64,000 nt of DNA, taken from contig NC_059429.1 in the NCBI RefSeq assembly GCF_021028975.2, positions 95,728,001 through 95,792,000 on the forward strand, written 5' to 3'. Below, one piece after another: positions 50,401-60,499 of the stretch. The number at the start of each line of letters is the position of its first letter. Position 1 is the stretch's first letter. The position numbers and the translations under genes were made by a program. The stretch comes from Sphaerodactylus townsendi. Its lineage: Eukaryota. The notes beneath the pieces were generated by a model. That model saw nothing but the letters and a program-made list of their open reading frames with translations, ran no database searches and had not been told where the DNA came from.

Positions 50401-52430
50401 TAATAAAACATAATGCAGGCCATGGTTGAATATTGTTTCTGGCGAACTGAAAAGAGTAAAGTGGACACGAGCTGGAGATTCGTGTCCATCATTACTGTGT
50501 TGAATTTCTATTAGGAAAAGTAATATTTGACCAGGCTATTAAATAGGTCAACTATCTAATACAGAAGAATTAAAAACTATTTCATTTGCTAGACAAATGC
50601 CTTGTGAGTACACTTAATAAATTCTAGAATTCAGTGTCACTGTGATTCTGGTTGAAATGCTATTTTAAAGATAGCTTAAAAAACAATCAAAAGCCATGCA
50701 CTTTCGTAACCATTTTTCACATCTTAGCCACAGTTTTGCACTGTAATTTTGTCTGGATATGGAAAATGAAGAAAGACATTTACATTAAAATTCTGTAGAG
50801 CATAACTGAGTCAATACATTGTGCAATAGTAGCTATTCATTTCTCCTGTATGGATGAATTACATTTACATGTCATAATGAATTTTATGCTCATTATACAT
50901 GTTAAAATTTAGCTTTTTGCTACCCCCAACAAATCCCAGTTTCAGAACAATTTTTACATTTTTGTCACTTATACGGTCTGCATTTATTCAAACCAGCATA
51001 ACAAAAATATTCTGTACAAGGACTTAAAACTGAATATCTGGAGCTGTCCAATCAAGACCAGGTCAAGCACATGAGGGATTTTACCTGTTCAAAGCTAAAT
51101 TAAAATAATGCAGAGATATTTCCGCCCTTAATGCTGCTTCAAAGCAGAGCTGACGAGCCTGCTTATGTACACACTATCTTCCACTGGAGCTAGCCCATCT
51201 ACTGACAAGTCACATGTCTGATGCACTGTCTGCACAAATGTTCCATTTCAAGAAGGGAAAGCAACACTATTTTCAGTGGGCCCATTTTCTTCTCCCTTAG
51301 ATATTTTACTTAAGCTGCTTCTGAAGAAAACTCTGAGTAGCTATAACAAAACAATATAGAACTTCAAACTATGAACACAGTTTTAGAAATAGATAGACAA
51401 CGTATTACAAATTTGTTCTCGATTAGGAACATTAGTAAGAATACACATTAGCTTAAAAACAGAACAGCAAATGTTGCTGTCCTGAAAGGATTTACAGTAC
51501 CCCTATTTACAAATAAGACAGAGTGATTACAGGAAATTTTACACATTTGGTAATTGACAAAGTTATTGTTTGCTGATAGTAATCTATCAGAAACGGGTAT
51601 TAGGGAAGACTGGATAGTCACCAGTTATTAACATCATAGTCTAATTCTTAAAATACTAAAAATCTATGTAACCAGTATTGCAGCCAACATCTTGCCTCAT
51701 AAGGGGAAAAAACAGGATTTAATTCCAAGAGGAAACTCACTTAAGTGTTGTGTGCATAGGACTTCCATTCAACACCATCAATCTTACTGAAAAGCATTAA
51801 TTTCAACCACACTTAATGTTACATATTGAAAAACCTGCACTTCTGCATTCTCCAATTCAAAATGGTTTAATGATGAAGTCGAAGTACTTCTATACAAGGC
51901 TAGTAAAGAAAAGCAGAACCTAGCTATTTGACTCAACAGGAAATATGGTCTTCATAATATTTAGCTGAGACGATGATTAAATACAATCCAGGTCACAATT
52001 TGGGATTGCATGAAGATGATCTTGAGGAAGGTTTATTGCAGTTTAAGACCGCAGACCTGCATGAAAAGCGAAGCATGACTGCCTTGGTCCAGTCTTGCAG
52101 AAATTACTAAGTGGTGAAAGAATTTACTGTCTGTACAAATACCATACAAAACCTGCATTGTCTTCATCTTGCACCTCTGCATCTCAGAAACGAGAGGGCA
52201 TTTTTTGTGGAAAAGGAAAAGAAAATCCAAACACTAGAAAAAGCAAGAGTTAAAAGCTTTCCCCCCTTTTTGACAAGAATGTTTCTGCACAAATGCTTTT
52301 TTGTAATCTAATACTGCCTGAACACTATCAGCTTCATCAAGATGGCCCCTGTTGGCGTGATAATATCCCAGGAACACTTAAATATGTTTGTTTTTGCTTT
52401 TTACAATAGTTAAGGTCTGTTGTAATCAGG
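47430..52430 (-). other. TRIM33: TRIM33 long 3'UTR (about 5 kb, inferred)
   Basis: AU-rich, free of recognisable TEs between the stop codon and the AATAAA at 47445-47450; distal end inferred. Confidence 0.6.
47445..47450 (-). terminator. TRIM33: Probable distal polyadenylation signal of TRIM33 (AATAAA)
   Basis: tttatt on plus; GU/U-rich tracts downstream on minus (47300-47400); marks the end of the TE-free block. Confidence 0.55.
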
Positions 52431-52643
52431 TCACTTTATATGCACTGGTCTCTCATCTGATTTTAGACGTTTTCTACGCGGCTGTATAAAATCTTCATCG
52501 GAATCATCTGTAATTTCAGCATCGTCCTCTTCTTGTTCAAATTCAGGTAATGGCTGGAAGGTCCTGTCTGGGTAGATCTCTGTAAGTTTATCTTCAAAGT
52601 ACAATGCAACTGCCTTCCCTGCCTGTGCTACTTCTGAATCAGC
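52431..52643 (-). CDS. TRIM33: TRIM33 last coding exon (bromodomain helix C, acidic tail, NLS)
   Basis: ADSEVAQAGKAVALYFEDKLTEIYPDRTF...DFIQPRRKRLKSDERPVHIK*; acceptor tttgcag; 213 nt = 70 aa + TGA. Confidence 0.97.
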   Translation of the reverse strand, partial: ADSEVAQAGKAVALYFEDKLTEIYPDRTFQPLPEFEQEEDDAEITDDSDEDFIQPRRKRLKSDERPVHIK

Positions 52644-52724
52644 CTGCAAAGTAAAAAGATAGTAATATTCACCATTGGGTAATGCACATCCCTTCAGCAA
52701 GTGTGCATGGTCTGAAAAGCTTAC

Positions 52725-52775
52725 CTTCAAATTAATCTCTTGTGTTTCTGCATAAACTTGAACAACTTTCATCAT
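52725..52775 (-). CDS. TRIM33: TRIM33 51-nt cassette exon (alpha isoform 17-aa bromodomain insert)
   Basis: MMKVVQVYAETQEINLK; acceptor ctttttag, donor AAG|gtaagc; phase 0-0. Confidence 0.93.
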
Positions 52776-55403
52776 CTAAAAAGGATACCAGAGTCAAAAA
52801 AAAGGAAATTATAATCCCTTCTAAAGTTATGAGACCACATAGGATCGGATGACTATAGTCAGTCATACCAATTCATTTTTAAAATTCAGTGACGTAGAGG
52901 TGACTCTCTCTACGAGGCTCTGTTGCTGAGTTTACAGTATGCAACCCTTAATGGAATCGGTGCAGATACGGATCCCAATCCTGGAAGCCCAATGTTGTTA
53001 AAGTCACAGTAAACTTACTCAGGAGACTCAGGAAAGAGTTCTCTCATTGGTGCACAACAGCCATTTACTCCTCAGGGCTTCTGTGGAAATATTTACTAAA
53101 TAAAAGGCTAACAATTGTGCTCCTGTTGGGTGTTTTCTGATTTGGAAAGTGTTAATCCCAACATGTTAAAAATACAACGAAAATTGATGTCACTAACATC
53201 TATAAATGTAACAAAAGAGCCAGATTTCCTACATTGTTGTTTTCTAGAGTTGGCATTGCTGCCCTTAAGAGCAAAAGAAACCTTTCCCATTCACAGTGAA
53301 TGCTTTTTCTGTTCCTTAAATCAATAAGCTCTGACAAATGCAGGTTTTTTATATCAGTTAAGTTTAGTTAGAAAGGTCAAGTTACAAGTTATAAATGCAC
53401 AGTGATTCATTGGGGGGGGGGAGTTCTTTACCATCTCAGAACAGGAACCAAAAATATCATAAGCAGAATATGTAATTGTTTTAAAAACTTAAGAAAAAAT
53501 CAGTGCAGTCTGAAAGCACTTCAAAAGAAAATAAAGAATACACTCATGTTTCATCCTATTCTTTTCACATTCATGAACAGTCCAAGACTATCCAGAGTAG
53601 ATGGAGGAATGGATCCTCTGCTAGCAAAAGCAAGGTTTTTTTGACATCACCTCATACACTACAGCCTGCTGTGTCTCCTCCTCCTAACACTGTACTCTCG
53701 GGGAGGAGGGGTTTGGAGATTCCAGGAACAGCTGAAGGTGCTATCAGCACAAAAAGAAATTCTGTCCCACTAACAGACCCAGGCAAACTCTTCAATTATT
53801 AAACAAGGAGATTATTGTATACCCACAATGTCCGAATGGATGATAATTTCTGTACCATCCATACTAGCTTCCTCACTATCCGTTTCTACTTTTCTTCCAG
53901 TATTTTTATTACTTTAAGTTGTTAATAGTATTTGAGTTCACAAGACATAATTATTTATTTATTAAAAACTTTGTGTCCTGTCCTTTCTCATAGGTTCAAG
54001 GCAGCTTTTTACAGGATGCAAGTGTGCTGGTGCGCACATGAAAGCATTCACTGAAAGTGTGCATTTGAAGCACTCAGACTTCCTCAGAGTGGTTGGACAC
54101 CAACATATTGTAATCCTTTCCCCAACATTACTTGTTTGACACAATCACATATGCTGGGTCTTATGTTAAAGGCACTATGTTATTTGGAGTAACAAGAGAC
54201 ACTTTTGAGTCTTGCAAACAGAAAGCTCACTATGGGATGTCAAAAATAAACAAAATCCAGTAAGACTTTCTTGTTTCATTATTTTCAAGCCATTTTTTGC
54301 ATCTTCTTTAACATATCAGAAAGCAGTTAATGAGCTTTGTAGGATCAGACTGAGGATTCACCTAGTCCAGCATCTTGTTTCCAACAATAGTTGGTCAGGA
54401 AGCCCAGACTCAGAATATGAAAGCAGTAACCTAGTCCCCTGAGCTCCAGAAGGGTACCAACTTCAAATGAGGAACTTTTAAAAAACTATTATGGCTGATA
54501 GCTATTGATAAAGGTATCCTCCATAAATTTTGTCTATTTTTTTAAAAAAAATTATTCCAAACTGTCATTTCTCAGGTTTATAGTTCACTGGGGTGTTTAT
54601 GCACAAATCCTGCATATGTACTAAATGTAATATAATTTAATCTACAAATAAGGTAACTTCTGGTATATTTAATGAGTTCATACAACTGCTCCAAGCGTTT
54701 ACATAGCTCCTGTCATACAACTTGAGACATCTTGACAAAAAAATTGCCTAGGCTAATATTATTTGTTTCGCACCACACACCAAGATGTATACCTGATGAC
54801 TAGGTTGCTATATAGACAACATACACAGATAGAGTCTTCCCCAGGCACGATCACCCACAGTTTATCCTATATTATTAATAACACACAGAATATCTGAACT
54901 GAAAGAACTATGATTAAGTTCATATTTGATGATTTTCTATGGACTGGTATGTAGACCACACATAAGTGGATGTGAAAGGAATTGTTACATGAGTCCACCT
55001 TCTTCAAGCCCGGCGATTTGAACACATGGAAAGGGTGGGGGGTACAAGGAGAACAGATCATGGGTGCTACAAATACTGGGGCTTCACTTGACTTTTTAAA
55101 AACATGTAAATAGTCCTATCCACTTTTCTCCCCAATGGGGACCCAAAGTGGATTCCAACGTCATTCTCCTTTCCACCAGTGGGCTTCCATGCCAGAGTGG
55201 GGATCTGAACAGGTGCCAGATCTGAGCCCAGTGCTCTAATCAATACACCACCATGGTTCTCTCATGATTCAGCCATAAGACTGCCTCTATTTCACTCAAA
55301 CAGAACACTGAGAAACAGTTCCAACTAAGGCCTGGGTGGAGAAAGTGCAGAATGAAATTCCAATATTAAACAAAAGAATTCTGCTGGTTGGAAGTTAACA
55401 TAC

Positions 55404-55556
55404 TTCGTTAAACCTTTCACAGTTCTTGAAGATCAGCCGCACATCTGCCACAAAATCTTCAGGTGTCTGGTAGTGCTGGGAATGTTTCTTTTGCAGTTTC
55501 TTTTTTACTGTAGATAAATCCATTGGTTTCTTTATTATTTTATAGTAGTTTGGAAT
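55404..55556 (-). CDS. TRIM33: TRIM33 bromodomain exon
   Basis: [51 protein letters not shown]; acceptor caacag, donor gtatgt; 153 nt. Confidence 0.97.
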
Positions 55557-56054
55557 CTGTTGAGAAAACATGCACTGGGATCACAAGACAGCACAGTTAT
55601 AGGGTGTGGTTTGTATTGTGAAATCTCATCTCTCATAATGACATGTTCACTTTCAAGGAACAGCCTCATTCTACATTTCTTCCTCTGTTTCTGCACAGAA
55701 AATGTCACTTTCTTTATTTTATCTGCAAACACTGGATGCCACAGAATCCTTTCTGCTATCAGGGCCCCTTCCTCTAGAACAAGAGACTCCCTGGCATTGG
55801 GAAAAGGCTCTTGGCAGTCAAGGAAAGCACCTCTGCTACTGGAACAGATCTGTGAGATCCAACCCATTATGAACTCCGTAGTTCAATCAGCTACCCTTAT
55901 TCAAAGAACACTGAACAGGTGAACAACTCCAATGTATGGCCATTTTAGGTCTAACAAGTGCAGCAAGTAAATGCTGCTCATTCAAAATTCAGACTTACTC
56001 AAAGTACAATCTCCATTTTACCATCTTTAAGATAACATACAATAACTGACTCAC

Positions 56055-56129
56055 CGAGGCTGGGACTGGCTCCTGGAATTCAATGCTCAGCTCATGACAA
56101 TACAGGTAAAGGAGGAGGCGTTCACATTT
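56055..56129 (-). CDS. TRIM33: TRIM33 exon (bromodomain start)
   Basis: KCERLLLYLYCHELSIEFQEPVPAS; acceptor ccctttaag, donor gtgagt; 75 nt. Confidence 0.95.
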
Positions 56130-57104
56130 CTTAAAGGGAAAAAAACCCAATGAGTGTTCCTATTGCTTTTCTAGGTTTTTGTTTAAAACTTACTTACTTA
56201 CTCCTACTGCAATTTTCATAGAAACAAGGTTCAACAAAGTTTTACTCAGCTTGAAACAAACAAGCTCCTTATTCTTGAGTAGTCCCTAGGGGTTACAAGG
56301 CAACTTCCAAGTTTTGCTTGCAAGCCTACAGCCAGGATTCAAAGAAGAATAAAGCCTACTATTTCAGGCCAACAGGGATTAGGATTCATGTTTCTCAAAA
56401 CAGAAGTCCTACATGCCAAAGGCCAAACACCCTTGGAATCAAGGGGAGTTTCAAATGCAATGCAATTTGAAACACAGCATAAAGACTCAGTTGTTCCAAG
56501 TTCAAAAAAAAAATCCCACTAAGCTATAGCAAGTCCTTGAGCTCACCAAAATAGCTCTTTGAACTCCAGCTGTTGACTTTAAGAGTCATCTCAGAAAGTT
56601 GTTATCAAAGATACTGAACCTAAGCCAAAGTTTGTGTGCATGCGCAAAATGCTCTTTCAATGTTTTAAACATCTACTGTCTTGGAAGACACAGAGCAAGA
56701 GAAAAGGCAGCAAAGACAATTTTTTTTAAAAAAAGATACCCTTTAATACATGTGGAGCATTTCCTTGCTCCTAAGAGAAAGACCCTTTATATATGGAGCT
56801 CAATCCAGGAACGCTCCAAAATTAAGCATTTATGGTCAGACCAAAGGTTTAGCTAGTGAGTTCAGTACACTTTCTCCAGCAGTGGTCAGACAGATGACAC
56901 AGGGAAGCAAAGTATTCTGGAAAGTCAGACTGTCCCCACAACTGACCAATCAGAAATAAGATACTTGTGAACTTGAAGATATCTTTCCTATCTATCATGA
57001 GACAATCTCTGTAGTCTTTTTTAAAAAACTACATACGCTAGTGGTCATAACATTATATGGTAACACATTAAAGAAGTCAGTATTGGTTGCTATTAACACA
57101 CCCA

Positions 57105-57245
57105 TGAAGCGGCCTTCTACTGAATCAGATCATTGGTCCATCAAATTCAGTACCGTCTACTCAGACTAGCAGCATCTCCTCAACATCTCAGGTGGAAGTC
57201 TCTCACATCACCTGCCACCTGATCCTTTTAGCTGGAGTTGCCAGA
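57105..57245 (-). mobile_element. Squam2-like SINE fragment in TRIM33 intron
   Basis: gaagcggccttctactgaatcagatcattggtccatc...gtctactcagact is the reverse of the Squam2-type 3' body. Confidence 0.6.
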
Positions 57246-57290
57246 TGGTCCACCACTGAACCATAGCCCCCTTCTTAGCAGAGAAACTGA

Positions 57291-57834
57291 GGCCCTTTCC
57301 GCACAGGTGCGTCGGCATAAACAATGCCAACGAACCACCACCACCCCGGGACCGTTCACACGGACAGTCCCGGAAGGGGTGCAGGCGACGGTGCAGCCTT
57401 CGCACAGGCTGCGCCATCCCTGAATGCTGTACCCCGTCTTCTGGCTTCCAGTGTGTCGCAGAGGCCAGGGGAACTCCCCCGCAGGCTGGTGTGGAGGCTC
57501 TGGAGTCGCAGGCCAGGGGGGCATGACCCCTGGCCTCTGCAACGTGCTGGAAGCCAGGAGACAAGATACAGCATTCAGGGATGGTGGGGGGGAAATGGCG
57601 CCTTCCAGCTGCTGCCGTTCGGATGGCAGCGGTTGGAAGACGCTGCTTCCGAAAAACCTCGCTCAGGGAGCGAGGTTCGGAAGCAGCGTCTTTGCACCAC
57701 TTGGAGGTGCGTCTTTGCACCACTTGGAGGTGGCGAGGCTGGCACTGCTGCGATGGCGGCAGTGCGAACCCCTCCCCAGGGACAGCGTTTTTGCTGTCCC
57801 TGATTCGCTCTATTCCGCCTGTGCGGAAAGAGCC
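57291..57834. mobile_element. PIF/Harbinger MITE in TRIM33 intron
   Basis: TIRs GGCCCTTTCCGCACAGG / CCTGTGCGGAAAGAGCC; exact 3-bp TSD TGA at 57288-57290 and 57835-57837; CpG-rich. Confidence 0.88.
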
Positions 57835-58745
57835 TGAATAACAAACTGCTGTGAAAGCTCTAGAAACTATTCAGTTTCATTCTCCTTCCATTTTCCTCCC
57901 AAAAAATCTTCTTTGGGTAGTAAACACACACCAACTGATTTGGTTACTAAATATAGCTTATGTTCTGTCTGCCATAGGAAATCCTTTTCCCATGGATGGT
58001 TCAAGGATGAACTTCCCACCCGCCAAAAGAGAATGTTGTCAAGTTGTCAGGTTTTTCTCATAATTAGGCAGTCTTGATTATAGGTACCAAATTTCATTTC
58101 TCATTCATTGGGTAAGCAATGTAACCATTTTGACATTCACGTCATTTCAGTCAAGCAATGTTTCTCTGAATATAATTATATTTTAAATACATTTTTGGAC
58201 ATTTAAGAATATTTCTGAAAGCATCTCAAAGCATGCAATAGTATGGACCTCATCAAAATAACAAGGAATAAAATCAACAGTTATTTTCAACAGGTCACTA
58301 TCCAATAACATCTTCCTGAATAGTTTTTTTACCACAACAGGCAATCTCACATTCACAACACAGGGGGAAGTCAGAAACAGATGCAGAAATTTAGGGTGAA
58401 GGTCGTATTCAAGAGACAAAAGAGAATAGAACTGATTATCAGGTCAAAGCGTACAGGACATGAAGGGTGCAAAACAGAAGGAGAATAGAAAACATCCTAA
58501 AACCAAATACTGCCAGAACAGATGACTGAGTTAAGCACAAGTTCACCTGTCGGAAACAAAAACAGAACTTTAAATACGCAATAATTGCATGCATCACACC
58601 AACTAATTATCTAGCAACACTGATTGAAGAAGGTATAGTTACACATTTTTAAAAAAATAATTTAAGAAACAGAGATAGCAGAAGAAAACCAAGAGCATAT
58701 GCTACTACTAGGAACTAGGTTTCAGATGGATTACAGGAAACATAC

Positions 58746-58869
58746 CCGTTGGTCCACAGGACTCAAACCTTGTGCAGTTTTTCCCTTCTTACTATGCTGC
58801 AAATTGTCACAATCATACTCTACTTCAGGTTTCATTAGATCTCGGCAAAATGTACATATCCACTCTCCA
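58746..58869 (-). CDS. TRIM33: TRIM33 exon (PHD finger C-terminus and PHD-bromo linker)
   Basis: (S)[41 protein letters not shown]; acceptor cttttttttag, donor gtatgt; 124 nt, phase 2-0. Confidence 0.96.
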
Positions 58870-58955
58870 CTAAAAAAAAGAGGAAAACATTCAGATGAGT
58901 TCTCAGCACTATGAACCCTTTTTTTAAAATTGCAGCCAAAACAAATCAGCTGAAC

Positions 58956-59365
58956 GGTCCATTGGTACTTACCGTGAAGGGCCTTTCTCCTGGCAGGCAT
59001 AGGGTATCTCTATGGGTTGTTCCTTTCCCTTGCTTAGGAGGCAGGACTTTACTGGTTTTTTCTTCCACTTCCTCTTCACTCGCTCACTTCCCCCCCCCCC
59101 CTTCAACTGCCAGTAACGGCTTGACCACGCAAAACATGAACACGCATTCAGAAAACAAACTAGGAACTTGGATACAAACACATGAATAAACATCCACCAA
59201 AGTATCTTTTTTTTTTAACCTGAACTGTATAACCAACTCTGACTCATCCTTCCAGTAGACAACCTCAGGGAGGGCCGAGATGCCCTATGCCTGCCAGCAG
59301 AAAGGCCATTCACGGTAAGTACCAACGGACCCTTCTCCTGGAGGCGTAGGGAATCTCTATGGGTC
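58956..59365 (-). repeat. DIRS right ITR, terminal extension and internal complementary region (ICR)
   Basis: 58956-59010 and 59277-59331 are inverted repeats (51 of 55 matches); 59333-59364 is a direct near-copy of 58985-59017. Confidence 0.85.
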
Positions 59366-59449
59366 ATACCAAAGCAGTGTCCTGCTCCCCAGGTGGAAAA
59401 TTAGTCTCCGGAAACATGACTCAACACCCTGGTGCTGAAGACAGTACAT

Positions 59450-60495
59450 TGCTCAGCCCAGGATTGAATCTTGAGCTTGAGTCTGCCGATTACAAAAAAG
59501 AAGAGGGACATAGAAGAGGGGACCAAACAGCGGCTTGCAAATGCTGCCCTCTACCGACCTACCCTGATATCTTAACTCCCTTTTTTCGCCTTTAAAGTAG
59601 CGAGTACTCCTGATTGAATGAGCCGTAATGCCCGAAGGCACTGACAGGTTTGTATTCTTGTAAGCCTCCGTGATGGCTAACTTCAGGTTACGCTGCCCCT
59701 GATGGAGGCAGTGGACATCCACCTGGCACAATAATGTTGGATGTGACACATTAGCGAACATAGCGTTCAGTTTTTTCCTAATGGTTTTCTGTCCTATGGA
59801 TATATATCCTTAAGAGCTCTATGCTTGCGTCCTAAAGAGAATGCCACATTTTTCCCTGTCCCCACTGGAGTTGGGAAAGAATGATAGACAAAGGTAATTT
59901 TCAGCGGCATGTGAAACCTGGGACAGAACCTTGGAAGGCTTAAAGATAGAAATTTAGGAGTATGGATGCCGACCCTGTCAGAGTGGAATTTACAAAGGTT
60001 GGAACTAATGGACAATGCCTTAATCTCTGAAACCCTTCTAACGGTTGTTACTGAAATAAGAAATAGTAATTTCATTCTGAGCCATCTGAGCTGAATAGAT
60101 CGCAATGGCTTGAAGGGATGTTTCATGAGTCCGACTAATACGGTGTGTAGATTCCACGAGGGAAAACGGTACACTACCGCAGGCTGAGATTGACTCACTC
60201 CTTAAAGGAACCTCCGGATATCCCCATGGTCTGCCACTGGATATCCCATAGATCCCAACCATACAGTGGAAAGGGCTGCAATTTGCCTCTTAAGTGTAGC
60301 TACCCGTAATCCTGACTGAAATCCCTCCTGCAGAAATGCTAGAATGTCACCTATCTGTGGGTACTCTGGACCTATGTCTTTTACATGGCACCACTTAGCA
60401 AATTCCTTCCAAGTGTAATTATATATCTGAGTAGTGGATGCCTGCCTGGAAGCTAATAGAGTAAGAATGACATTCTCCGAGTACCCTTTCTTTGT
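59450..60495 (-). pseudogene. DIRS tyrosine recombinase, frameshifted
   Basis: GYSENVILTLLASRQAST..YNYTWKEF..FLQEG..FPSWNL..VRRVSEIKALS..ITAHSIRS (catalytic R and HxxR visible). Confidence 0.9.
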
Positions 60496-60499
60496 AAAG

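Noticed and set aside
53545-53750. Possible cryptic TRIM33 exon in the intron before the cassette exon
   Set aside because: In-frame stop soon after the candidate acceptors, no convincing donor and no homology
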